Shown here piece after piece: positions 36,324-52,003 of a stretch of DNA of 64,000 nt. The stretch covers positions 83,886,001 to 83,950,000 of the forward strand of contig NC_043001.1 of assembly GCF_006345805.1 (NCBI RefSeq), in the 5' to 3' direction. Numbering within the stretch: the first letter of the stretch is position 1; every line of letters starts with the position of its first letter. The notes beneath the pieces were generated by a model. That model made no database searches and was not told the DNA's origin. It saw only the letters and a list, made by a program, of their open reading frames with translations. The position numbers and the translations under genes were made by a program. The stretch comes from Octopus sinensis (Eukaryota).

Positions 36324-36733
36324 TTTTTTATTACCCACAAGGGGCCAACAAAGGAGGGACAATACAAATCGGGGAAATTAAAAGTAACAAAAGTGGATGA
36401 AAATAAGACGAAGAAAAATAAAAAAATGAGTTATGAAAAGATATTACAGTGAGGTGCAATGTCCACTCGATCCCCGAAATCGAGCGTTTACATTTTTGTC
36501 AATTTCTCCCATATTGATTTTTTTCAAAAGTTTTACAAAATTCACACAGTTTATCGCACAAAAATTTTATAGAGTTTCACAATACCTTTTGCTAACATAA
36601 TTTTTTTTCCCTTCTTTTCCACAATTTTAAGTGTATTCTATTTCGTGCACCAGTGTGTCGTATCTCTCCACACGAGATGGACGCTCTTTCAATCGACACT
36701 TCCAGTGATCACGCACGAACAGGGTTGTGTCAG
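36324..36733 (-). mobile_element. ~400-bp non-coding Tx1 derivative (5' motif plus 3' tail)
   Basis: Tail TGTATTGTCCCTCCTTTGTTGGCCCCTTGTGGGTAATAAAAAA; 5' motif CTGACACAACCCTGTTCGTGCGTG. Confidence 0.5.
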
Positions 36734-37829
36734 TTTTTTTTTTTGTCTAACTGTTCTCTTTTAAATACGTTACTTAGTGCACGAGGAAGCAGTTTTATTC
36801 AAATGAAGTTTATTATAAATATTCAATAAGAGGTGAGATGATTAATGTCGCAAGAGTGACAGTCCTTTATGGATAATAAATAAACCAAGAGTGTTGTGAA
36901 AAATGCTTTGAGGTATTTAACCCAGTTTTTTCGCATTCTGAGTTCAAAACCTGCCAAGGTCAACTTTGCTTTTCATCTCTCCGGACCATTAGTATCGACT
37001 AACCCCTTCCTTTCAAAATTACTAGTCTTGTGACTTAAAAAAGAAACAATTTTAAATATTCAGTATTGTAACACCGGAATAGTGAATTCGATACCTGTCA
37101 GCAGAATTCATTGTTAATCGTGTATCTGGCAGTAGTGATCTCCCGAAGAGAAAACAATAAGCTTCTAGGTTAGTTTATTCTACTACTTGGTTTCGATTCC
37201 CCTTTATTCCGCTGCTGAGTATTTAAAGGATATAAATGGCAAAACGCTCCCATTTTACACGTCTCAATAATGCACTTAAGTCAAACCAAGCAAAACAAAA
37301 AAAAATATGATGCTATATCGCGTGAGGAAATGAACGCATGAATAACAACTTGCCATAGCGAATGCTTAAGTCTAAAAACCAAACACAAGTTGCTCTTCAC
37401 AGTAAAATCTTCCTTCCACCACAACCTAGTCTTAAATAAAAAAAAAAAATTCACTGGGTAATATACTGTATGTGGAAGGGTTTACATTATTTCTAGAAAT
37501 AAATAGATAAATAAAACGAAAAGGACGACTATTTATGAATATTACATACAAACCTACATTGCGCACTAAATTGACTCTCATGTATTTTTCAACGTGATTA
37601 CATTGACGATGCAATCAAAATATATGAGACATATATTTATTTTCTAGTGGTTGAGAAGTATATGTAACACTGAATATTTAACACTGAATGCGATCGCCTT
37701 CCAACTACAATGGTTTAGGTATCAGTCTCGCAGCGTGGAACCTAGGGTAAATGTCTTCTACTATAGATATGGGCCGACTAATAACTTGAGACCGAATTTG
37801 GTTCATAGAAACCTTGTGGGAGCACATCA

Positions 37830-38202
37830 CACACACACACATTATTTATTTCAGTCATTTGACTGCGGCCATGCTGATCCCAAGACTTATTCTATTGTAA
37901 GCCTAGTACTTATTCTATTGGTCTCTTTTGCCGAACCACTAGGTTACAGGGAAGTAAACAGACCAGCATAGGTTGTCGAGCAATGGTGAGGAGACAAACA
38001 CAGACACAAATATATATATCTACACACACACACACACCACACACACACATATATATATATGACGAGCTTCTTTCAGTTTCCGACTACCAAATACACTCGC
38101 AAGGCTTTGGTCGGCCCGAGGCTATAGTAGCAGACACACTTACCCAAGGTGCCACGCAGTGGGACTGAACCCGGAACCATGTGTTTGGTAAGAAAGCTAC
38201 TT
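37830..38202 (-). mobile_element. CORE-like SINE body whose head is displaced to 39934-39969 by a Tx1 insertion
   Basis: The SINE stops at GGTAAGAAAGCTACTT and resumes at AAGCAAGCTACTTCTCACACAGTCACTCCTGCGCCT. Confidence 0.8.
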
Positions 38203-39933
38203 TATTTCATTAGGATTTGCCATACAGGCATTACAGAGAGGGGCAAACGAGGACAGACAAACAAAAGGGTGAAGTAGCTATAACGATTAAAAGTTCATGT
38301 TTTCGAATGATGAATTAATATGCTACAATTAAAAGTTCGATGATGTCATGATACACATTGCAACATGCAATGTATTTCCTGAAGGAAAGGCATCCGACCA
38401 CCAGAGTAGAACGTTTGCTTTTTTTCCGGGGCTCCACTTACCTGGTGCCAATCGCTCCAACTTTCTTGCCACAGGCTTCCATCTTTTATCGAATCTTTCT
38501 CGTGACAGGTACCTCCTTTCCAACCTGATCTTACAGCTGAGGTGGTACCTAAAAAAATTAGCCAACCCCTGGTCAGATACAAAGGTACTTGTCACTATTC
38601 CTTTCACACGCGTCTTCCATACGGTTTCTTTCAGTATGGCTACTACACATAAAAAGCAAACTTTCCTCTCCCTGTTAAGGGAAGGAGTCGGCACAATCTC
38701 AATGATAGACTCAGCCGATAGCTGTACTCTTCCCATCGATGACAACAGTTGTTCTGTGAAAACTATCTGTCCCGTTAATTCCGGACATTCCACAAATGCG
38801 AGCAAGACGGTTTCCCTATCCTGCCCGCACCTAGGACATGTAGGCGAGACGGCAATTCCATGCCTTGACAGTTTATCACGAACAAGTAACGCCGCACGAA
38901 AGTACTGCCAAGCCAGGGATTTTTGGTAATTGTCCAAATACCTCGGCATGAAAGCTCTCCTGAACTGGTTAATCAACTGATTTTCCTCGTAGACCAGGGT
39001 CTTCCCCGAGGCGTCTTCGGACATAAATTCTACTAACCCGCTATAAGAATCCGCGGTGGAACTCCTGTTGCCGGCACTGCCAGCCCAAGAGAGTAGCTGA
39101 AGTGCCTGACGGCACTCCAATTGCCAGTCCCCCAGCCTAGGTCTCTGCTTGATCCATGTACCAATGTTCGTAAAGGACATTAACTGCGGAAGGTAGAACC
39201 GAACGTGCGGTGACCACACCTGCTCTCCATCCAGGTAAAGCCAGAGGTGCCTCAACCTTAACGCGAGTTTTCGCATCTTCAGCCAAGGCATTCCTAGCAC
39301 ACCCTTTAGCGGTTTCTGGCAGCAGACAGTGCACTTCACAAGTGGTTTCCACCCTTCCACAAAAAGCAGAAAAGGATTCTCTCCAACTTGTTCAGCCACA
39401 AATCGGGGCAACACAGTAAGACGGTAGGTGATAACTGATGCTATAAGCATCTGCACCACCTTCGCTTTTCCTAGAAAGGATAACGCCTGCTCAGGCCACC
39501 GCGGCTACTGCCGAAAATTTCTTTACTGGCTCATCCAGTGGACTTTTTCGTGAATTATTTCGACCGACAAACTCGGCCAATATTCTACACACAAAAATAA
39601 ATAAATTAGAAATCCCCCAAAAAGGGGAAACCTATATTATGTTTTTTTCCCTCTAAATGAGGACAGCAGTTCAAATCCCACCCCACTGGTGGGCGGGGTT
39701 CAACAATAAATCCTACAACCGCTTTGGCAATTTTTCAACAAACAACAAATAAGAACTGCCAAAATGGCTTCACACAAACAATTCCTGTCTCCCGGAAACA
39801 GCCCCAAAAGTTCAACAGTTCAACAATATTCAACAACGGTTTACATTTAATAAATCCAACAAAAAACAATCAAAGCTCCAACAAAACGTCCGACTCTACC
39901 GACAAACAAAAACGCGTCTAACAAAGAGACCGG
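38203..39933 (-). mobile_element. Internally deleted Tx1-like element (5'UTR joined to the ORF2 3' third) with a ~10-13-bp TSD
   Basis: 376-aa ORF 38329-39459: QMLIASVITYRL, KPLKGVLGMPW, CPRCGQDRETVLLAFVEC. TSD AAGAAAGCTACTT (38190-38202) / AAGCAAGCTACTT (39934-39946). Confidence 0.85.
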
Positions 39934-39968
39934 AAGCAAGCTACTTCTCACACAGTCACTCCTGCGCC

Positions 39969-40015
<47 letters not shown>

Positions 40016-40018
<3 letters not shown>

Positions 40019-40172
40019 AGTGGCTGTGTGGTAAGTAGCTTGTTTACCAACCACATGATTCCGGGTTCAGTCCCACTGCGTGGCACCTTGGGCAAGTGTC
40101 TTCTACTATAGCCTCGGGCCGACTAAAGCCTTGTGAGTGGACTTGGTAGACGGAAACTGAAAGAAGCCCGTC

Positions 40173-40219
<47 letters not shown>

Positions 40220-40440
40220 TGTGTGTGTTTGTGTATCTGTGTTTGTCCCCCTAGCATTGCTTGACAACCGATGCTGGTGTGTTTATGTCCTCGTTACTTA
40301 GCGGTTCGGCAAAAGAGACCGATAGAATAAGTACTGGGCTTACAAAAGAATAAGTCCCGGAGTCGAGTTGCTCGATTAAAAAGGTGGTGCTCCCGTATGG
40401 CCACAGTCAAATGACTGAAACAAGTAAAAGAGTAAAAGAG
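40016..40440 (+). mobile_element. CORE-like SINE, well preserved
   Basis: Full head, CORE-like segment, TA tract and GAGTAAAA tail. Confidence 0.85.
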
Positions 40441-40835
40441 ATACATATATATATAAAATTAATCAAAGGGCATACTAAGTATGTCTACCTGCTTGAAATA
40501 ACAGTCAAAACTCTTATTAAATCGCCAAAAATACACTGATAAAAACTACAGAAATCAAACGAAGGCAAAACCAGGTTAAGACAATCTACTAACATAAATT
40601 TAAGTATTTGGACTCACGTGGACCGGTTTCTGCATTGGTAAAATAAAACCTTAGCTTCTTCAGCACGAGTTACCATATATATTCTTTAAGTTCGTTTACG
40701 GAGCACGTTTTTGAGCACGCACACAAGCGCTAATGCTATTACGTCAGCTTCCGCCTTGCAAATCCAACTTGCAACACCAACTTTATGGGACAGTACCGAG
40801 CTGTGCCGATATAGATTAGGATAAATATAGTAGTA

Positions 40836-40879
<44 letters not shown>

Positions 40880-40902
40880 TATAATAATAATAATAACAAT
40901 CC

Positions 40903-41106
40903 TTTCTACTATAGGCACAAGGCCTGAAATTTGGGGGAAGAGATTATGTCGACTGCATCGACCCCAGTGCATAACTACTACTTATTTAATCGACCCCGAA
41001 AAGATGAAAGGCAAAATCGACTTCGGCGGAATTTGAACTCAAATCGTAGCGACGGGCGAAATACCGCTAAGCATTCCGTCCACCGTGCTAACGATTCTGC
41101 CAGCTT
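40903..41106 (-). mobile_element. Nin/Deu-like SINE
   Basis: Same head and core as 3060-3480. Confidence 0.8.
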
Positions 41107-41431
41107 GCAGCCTCTGAAAATTATTTAAGAATGATCCTGGCTTACCATCCATACAGAAGGGCAAAAGATTGTCTTAACTGGTACGTCACAGGTACTGAGA
41201 AGAGCATCGTCGCTGTAAATTTTCTTTCGTTTTCCCCCTCTTTATTTTATTTGTTTACTTTTCTTTTTTTTTATTTTTTCCTTTTTCTCTCAGTCTTACC
41301 CTTTTTCTCTATCACATGACTCTGTAAATGACCAATCTGGTGTTTTTGTTTAACGGCCTTGTTTTAATATACAGTAGTTTCTCTTCCCTAGGTGTCAGGA
41401 AGACACTCGGCAAAAATGGAAACATAATAAC

Positions 41432-41478
<47 letters not shown>

Positions 41479-41481
<3 letters not shown>

Positions 41482-42016
41482 AAGCGCCGTCACGATAAAA
41501 TGTGTGTGTACCTTCATTGGCTCTTACGTCGTAAGTACCAATATGAAGTAACAAGAGAACTGGTATGACTATGTACCAAGTAAAGTTATGCAGAAGGATG
41601 GGAAAGTAACGATACACTGGGACAATGATTTTCAGACGGATCGTGTAATCGAACACCGTCGGCCGGATATTGTCATATTGAGTAAGAGATATTATGACAT
41701 GAATGTTGTGAGTAAAGCGGTTTAAAAAATCACCAAGTACTCCGAAATGAAAGTGGAAACGGCAAGACTGTACGGAATGCGAGAGGATAATGTAAAAGTG
41801 ATACCAGTGATGATCGGAGCGTTGGACTCAATACCATTGAAACTTCCAGACTTCTTAAGTCAACTGGAAATCCCATGCAAGATTGATGTCTTGCAAAAGA
41901 CATCTTTATTGGGCACAGCGCACATCTTAAGGAAAGAATTATTTGTCTGAGGTCCTTGTTGTGACTTGACAGAGGACTAATGGCTTCGGTGCATTTTTAC
42001 TTACACTGTGTTACGA
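41479..42016 (+). mobile_element. 5'-truncated R4/Dong-like LINE (REL endonuclease end) inside (AAT)n
   Basis: YKRRHDKMCVYLHW..., WYDYVPSKV...IHWDNDFQTDRVIEHRRPDIV, VIPVMIGALDS...LQKTSLLGTAHILRK. (AAT)n on both sides. Confidence 0.85.
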
Positions 42017-42064
42017 AATAATAATAATAATGATAATAATAATGATAATAATAATAATAATAAT

Positions 42065-42395
42065 AGTTGTCATAGGTGCCCTGGGAATGATAGCAAAAGG
42101 GGCTGATTGCTACTTAACTCAGATACCAGGAAACCCCAAAATGGCAGAAATTCAAAAGATAGTGCTCATGGGAACTGCTCATATCCTACGCAAAATACTT
42201 TCTATGTAATCTCAAGTTTTAAAACAAACAATTTTCGTATGGCTTTTTAGGCATTCACAAGTACAACACTAAGTACAAAACCAAATATATGGCACCCTAG
42301 TCATAACACCAACATGAACTTCCAACTTGTTGTCTCTTGAGGTCTCGGGGTGAGACTTGGAGCCAACTTGTACAAATGTAAAGTAAAAGTCAAAC

Positions 42396-42396
<1 letters not shown>
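42065..42396 (+). mobile_element. Second, distinct R4/Dong-like 3' fragment inside (AAT)n
   Basis: VVIGALGMIAKGADCYLTQIPGNPKMAEIQKIVLMGTAHILRKILSM* plus a 3'UTR; flanked by (AAT)n and (AAT/AAC)n. Confidence 0.8.
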
Positions 42397-42443
<47 letters not shown>

Positions 42444-43099
42444 CAATAACAACAACAACAACAACAACAATAACAACAACAATAATAATAAAAGTCAGTA
42501 ATAGCTGAGCCTACTGAATCTGCACAAAAATAAGCATCATTGAAGAACTAATTGTGCTACAAACACTAATTAACATAACCCTTTAAGAGAACAATACGTT
42601 TCAACTCAGATTTAAGGACATAAGCCAATCCTAATTTCCCAGCTTGTTGGCCAGCAAACATTTCGAACCGACAACATCTGAACAAGATTTACTCCCATGC
42701 CCCTTGACATCTGAATTCATTAAGGAAGAACCTACTGTGCCTAAGGTCAAACCAATGACGTACGTTACCCATCCCAACATGTGCACAAACAAATATCAAA
42801 ACAAATCAAGCTTTACGTTACGCTATTATTATTACTATTATTCTCTCTCTTTCTAGCACTCTTTCTTCTCTTCTATCAGCGTAGAACGACTACATAATCT
42901 AGATACTTAGTACAATCATACCAATTCCATCTCACTCCCCTATTGCTCCTCTTTTACTTGTTTCAGTCATTTGACTGCGGCAGTGCTGGAGCACAGCCTT
43001 AAGTCGAGCAAATCCACCCCAGGACTTATTCTTTGTAAGCCTAGTACTTATTCTATCGGTCTCTTTTGCTGAACCGCTAAGTTACGGGGACGTAAACAC

Positions 43100-44027
43100 A
43101 CCAGCATCGGTTGTTCAGCAAGAACAGTATGAATAGTGACTTTGAAGTTTTGACCAGCTAACCCATCATGAGACTGTTGTATATTTGAGTTCATCCTGAT
43201 TTTATATGGTTTCTGTTAAATTAAAACTTTGGTAGGTAGAGGTTCTATTGATAATTAGGTTGTAGGTTAGGTTGTGATGGTGAAGTGTTATGGAAATCTT
43301 TTATTGATTCAATTTTGGGTTGTGTTGTTAAGAATTCATTCATGCATATAGAACTATGTAATCAGATGTGTCTGTTTAGATGTGTCATATTCAGGTCATA
43401 GCGTTGTAGTTTAGAGGTTCGCAAAAAATGTAGATCGGTAGAAGAGGTTTGTTGGTCAGCAAGTATATCACTAAGTTTAGTTGTTGCTGTTGGTTTTATT
43501 TGGATGCTAATAGGAGATTTAACTTCTTGTTTTGAGAGTGTAAAGGTTAAAGTTACGAGTTCACTCCAGCATATAACTAGGGACGATTATTTAGGCGTGT
43601 TAGCTTTATGTCACGGACTTAACTGTAATGTCATGTTAACTTTCACGTTATGTTCACAAAAGAATATGTGATAAGATTTAGTTGGTCAGCAGATTCGTTT
43701 ACTTGTTGGTGTTATTAAAAAGATTTTAATTGTTTGCTTATAGAGGGTAGAAGTGAGTATGGAAATTTGTTTATCTTATGCTTTAATGCTCATATTAGAA
43801 TATTGGTTGGTGTAAAGTTTATTGAACTGGAGTTCAATGTTCTAGAAGATATTTGACTTAGAAATTTTAACCTTTGTGTTATAGAGAGGTGAAGTTTGTG
43901 GGGTATGATTTTTTAATAAATATTTCTTTTATTAAATTTCAAGCATGGGTTATTTTGTAATAAATTAGTTTTGACTTATGAATATCAAAAACAAAAATTC
44001 CACACCAGGTTGATACTGAGGATACAA

Positions 44028-44030
<3 letters not shown>
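43100..44030 (-). mobile_element. Highly degraded Penelope-like 5' fragment
   Basis: Minus-strand NISSRTL...NFTPT resembles INLSKKILS...KFTPTP at 56053-56538; same strand-composition bias. Confidence 0.35.
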
Positions 44031-44071
<41 letters not shown>

Positions 44072-44431
44072 TATATATTCTTTTATTCTTTTATTCAAAC
44101 AAACACCAGTTGTCAGGCAGTGATGGGTGTGGCAAACACAGACACAAAGACAGACAGACAGCAGACAGACAGACAGATAGACTCACACACACACATACAC
44201 ACACATATACGACGGGCTTCTTCCAGTTTCCGTCTATCAAATGTATTCTCAATGCTGTGATGAGCCTGAGGCTATAGAAGACACTTGCCCAAGATGCTAC
44301 AGAGTGGGACTGAATCCGGAACCATGTCTTACCACATGTGTGTGTGTGTGTGTGTGTTCGAATTATATCCGTTTATATCTCCATATATTATATGTAAAAA
44401 CTGAAACATCATCCTCGGGAGGTTTTCTAAT

Positions 44432-44477
<46 letters not shown>

Positions 44478-44508
44478 ACATACATACATACATACATACA
44501 TACATACA

Positions 44509-44544
<36 letters not shown>

Positions 44545-44553
44545 CATATATAT

Positions 44554-44595
<42 letters not shown>

Positions 44596-45720
44596 AAATG
44601 TATTTCCTTTCCCGAACTTCTAGGTTACGGGGACGTGAAGAAACCAGAACCAGCCTCCAAGCGGTGGTAGGGCACTAAAGTAAACACACAGATTTCACAC
44701 ACACACGAGAATAGAAATCCTAATTTAGCTCACTGTAAAGCCCCTGCCTGGAGCATGGAAATCATGGAAAACAATAATTAAAGCTTGGGTATGAGCTCAT
44801 TATCGTTCTGAAAATCCAGGAATCGCAATGGGTGAGGATGTGTAAAAATTGATCAGAAAAAAGAAGCGAAGTGAGAGAATAGCTGTTTATTCCATTAGTT
44901 GACAGCTGTTTTGTAATCTGTATTAGCTATAAAATCAAAGTTGCATCATACGTCTCTCTCTCTCTTTCTCTCTTTCTCTCTTTTTGTTTCTCTCATTCTC
45001 TTTCTTTCTTTCTTTCTCTCTCTCCCTCTCTCACACACATACGCATACATATATACACTCATAAGTATGATTAGGTTGTAACATAACGAACAGACTACAC
45101 ATCAGAACATTTCATGGCAAGTTCAAACACCAACCCCTGCTATATATAGCATATAGTTTCATTATATAGTCAAAGAGTGACGATGTTTTCGCCTAACTTT
45201 GCACTTTACAAATCCCGAAATGAACTGTATATGCAGTGTACAAAGAGAGTGAAGGTAAGTAGATAGATATAAATTCAGAAAAAGAAAATACAGTAAAATG
45301 AAAAAGTAATTAAGATTTGGAAAATCATGACGGTAGCTAACATAGATGTAACCATGGAAGCATTGGAGGCAGTGAGAGACAACCTTAAAATGAATAGAGA
45401 AAATCGAAATAGATTGTTATATAAAGCTATCATAAAGAGTTTGCTTATTAAGAAGGAGCTAAAATATTACGAAGATCACTCGATGATTAGACTGAAAGAA
45501 ATATCTATCTACGAGGCTGTGCTGAAAAGCTCCTGGCTTTGGGTAAATGAAAATACATGAGGATCAGTTAATTATGATATTATTCAATATATTCCCTTCA
45601 CAGATTCACACACTTGTTGCAGTAGTTCTTCAGTTTTTCTAAGACCTGGAAAAACAACGCGGAAGGTTGGGCTTCCAACCAAGCCTTTAAAGGCAGGAAC
45701 TTTTCAGCACCCCACCACGT

Positions 45721-45721
45721 T

Positions 45722-45805
<84 letters not shown>
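45721..45805. repeat. (TCTA)n microsatellite, left flank of the Tx1 insertion
   Basis: Direct reading. Confidence 0.95.
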
Positions 45806-48390
<2,585 letters not shown>

Positions 48391-48391
48391 A

Positions 48392-48433
<42 letters not shown>

Positions 48434-48441
48434 GTGTGTGT

Positions 48442-48750
48442 GGAGGCGCAATGACTCAGTGGTTAGGGCAGCGGACTCGCAGTCGGAGGATCGCGGTTTC
48501 GATTCCCACACCGGGCGTTGTATGTGTTTATTGAGCAAAAACACCTAAAAGCTCCACGAGGCTCCGGCAAGGGGTGGGGTGGCGACTCCTGTTGTATTCT
48601 TTCGCCACAACTTTCTCTCACTCTTTCTTCCTATTTCTTGGGTAACGCTGCGATGGACTGGCGTCCTGTTCAGCTGGGGGGAACACATACGCCACAGAAA
48701 TCGGGAAACCGGGCCCATGAGCCTGACTAGGCTTGAAAGGGGCGAAAAAG
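48442..48750 (+). mobile_element. V-domain-like SINE
   Basis: Same family as 4512-4827. Confidence 0.85.
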
Positions 48751-48755
48751 AAAAT

Positions 48756-48835
<80 letters not shown>

Positions 48836-48842
<7 letters not shown>

Positions 48843-49733
48843 AGGTAAACAGTAAAAATAATTACAGACATGGACAAGAACATGAAACACCACAGAGACG
48901 ACACAAGAACCACAGGACGGGACATTCGAAGCCCTCAGTCATCAGTCAAGAACCAGATCATCTTAGCAATTTCGGCTGATTAATCTTGAGATTGCTCCGA
49001 TATGGCCAGCCCGCCAAGGGAAATCTAAGCCAAGCGCATTAGATCCCCTGGAAGAAAGCTTCGAATGTATACAACACGAGGACGGAAAACGAACGAAGTA
49101 CACGAACAAAAATACAGAATACGTGACACCAATAAGAATACAAAAACGTAAAAACAATAACGGTAAAAATAAAAAATAAACAACAAAACAAAACCAGGAC
49201 GTAGGACAAGGGTCTTTCGACAGGACGAGTTGAGTATGGGGCTGGTGTGAAGTTGTGCCTAATGGCCGCAGGGAGACGAACAAATACGTGTTGCTTCTGC
49301 GACTGCTGAAACGAAAAGAGCGCTCAGCAGCGGCTAGCGGTCACGTGAGAACAAAAGACAGGAGAAAGGGACAGATGAAAAGAGAGAGAAGGTGGACGAG
49401 GGAGGAGAAGAAAGAGACAGATCGAGGGGGCTGGAGGTGAGAGAGATAGAGAAACGTAGAAGGGGGGGGAAGACGGATGGAGAGGGAAAGAAAGGAAGGG
49501 GAATAAGGGAGGAGAGAGAGAGAGAGAAAGAGACAGATTAAGAGTCGTATCAATGCTAGAGAAAAAATATACTTATCGTATAAGGACAATTGTGGATACG
49601 TAGCCGCCGATTATATAGGTAAACAGTAAAAATAATTACAGACATGGACAAGAACATGAAACACCACAGAGACGACACAAGAACCACAGGATGAAACACC
49701 ACAGAGACGACACAAGAACCACAGGACGGGACA
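48836..49733. mobile_element. Non-coding element bounded by ~90-bp direct repeats (pseudo-LTR-like); related copy at about 50940-51260
   Basis: ATATAGGTAAACAGTAAAAATAATTACAGACATGGACAAGAACATGAAACACCACAGAGACGACACAAGAACCACAGGACGGGACAT occurs at 48836 and about 49612 (the second with an internal 35-bp duplication). Confidence 0.55.
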
Positions 49734-49746
49734 TATATATATATAT

Positions 49747-49852
<106 letters not shown>

Positions 49853-50201
49853 TGTACACACGCACAACATACCCTGGCTGAAAAATTGAAACAAGCGAGC
49901 ATCAAACATTACTGTTTACCAACATCATTTGTTTTGAAAAGTCGTTTTTGTTTAAAAGCAAAAATACTGATCTGAAAGCGAATCAAAGCAAGATAAAATA
50001 ATTAGTCATTGCTTAATTGCATAAAAACCAGCTACTTTGAAACATGATATATAATATATGCTTGAAGTATATGCCTTGCTCAGATTTTGGTCTAGGATAT
50101 GTTTATGTTTTGTCACGAGGGATTTATATGATCTCTGCACAACTGCACTGATACCGCTTTGTAAAATAACATGTGCGCACACATGCACACACACATATTA
50201 T

Positions 50202-50806
<605 letters not shown>

Positions 50807-50816
50807 ACATATACAC

Positions 50817-50854
<38 letters not shown>

Positions 50855-51402
50855 GAGAGAGAGTGAGAGAGAGAGAGTGAGAGAGAGAGAGAGAGACCAA
50901 AGTATATGTACGCCGCTATACATATATATATGTATATATAAAATACAAAATGGGACAACAAAACATCCAGATAGACGATACAAAGAAACCAAGGACGGAT
51001 CATTCGAAGTTTTCTTTCCTCGGTCAAGCACCAGATTATCCCCACAATTTCGGCTGATTATACTTGAGATTGCTCCAATCTGGCCAGCCTCAAGGAAAAA
51101 CTAAGCTAAGAGCATTAGATTCCTTTGAAGAAAGCAGTGAATGTATACAAAAACAAAGACAGGAAAAAACGGACGTTACACAAATACAATAAAAATAATA
51201 ACAGGACATAACAACAGGTGTCTTTCGACTAAGGACGAATTAATTTAAGCTGGCGTGTGTGGAAATGAGACCACGCCAGCTTAAGTCGAGCAAATCACCC
51301 CAGGACTTATTCTTTACAAGCCTTATTCTATCGGTGTATTTTTGCCTCACGATCATAAGCTCGATGCTCTAACCATTGAGCCATGCGCCTTCACACACAC
51401 AC

Positions 51403-51455
<53 letters not shown>

Positions 51456-51731
51456 GATGTTTGTATTTGTGTGCATGTATTAATATTAACGTTAACATTT
51501 TAATTTAATATATTTTCTAAAACGTAATTGGAAACTGTTTCTACAAGCCAATTTCTTCAGTCGTAATGTTTACGTTTGAGAAATCTATCCTTAAGACATT
51601 CTACCCAATAACTGTCGTTTAAATAAATGCCTGTATTTCAGAATGTAAATTTGAAAGATCCTGCTTAAGTTCAGTCACCACACGATATCAAGTCATTCAG
51701 ATTTAATGAAAGGATCATAACAAGAATGTTG

Positions 51732-51739
51732 TATAAAAG
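51732..51739 (+). promoter_or_regulatory. Possible TATA box for the VIT-domain gene
   Basis: TATAAAAG about 190 bp upstream of the ATG; weak evidence in AT-rich DNA. Confidence 0.2.
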
Positions 51740-51925
51740 TATTATGTATGTATACAAGTGCACTCGTGTGTAATATACATATTACATAATATTTTCTTTA
51801 ACTATTTGACTAGTAACTATGCTGTTGGTTCTTGTGATGTTTGTTTAATGTTTGGAACATTTTAAAGTATTATTTGAAGCAAGAATAAGCAGAAGACAAA
51901 ATAAATTGGAAGAATCGCCAACAAA

Positions 51926-52003
51926 ATGGCACCATGGTTATTGTTTGTAATGTTGGGTGCTGTATTTTACATGGGGAGAACAGCCAATGGAGAACCTAGA
52001 CAA
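51926..52003 (+). CDS. First coding exon (signal peptide) of a secreted protein, most likely the ITIH-like gene
   Basis: caaaATGG start; MAPWLLFVMLGAVFYMGRTANG|EPRQ (hydrophobic core, A-N-G cleavage); 78 nt ending at a GTAAGT donor; phase 0 matches the exon at 61077. Confidence 0.7.

Noticed and set aside
48930-49060. Minus-strand CTGATGA and GAAA as a type II hammerhead
   Set aside because: Stem II does not pair and the core is not conserved in the homologous copy near 51000.
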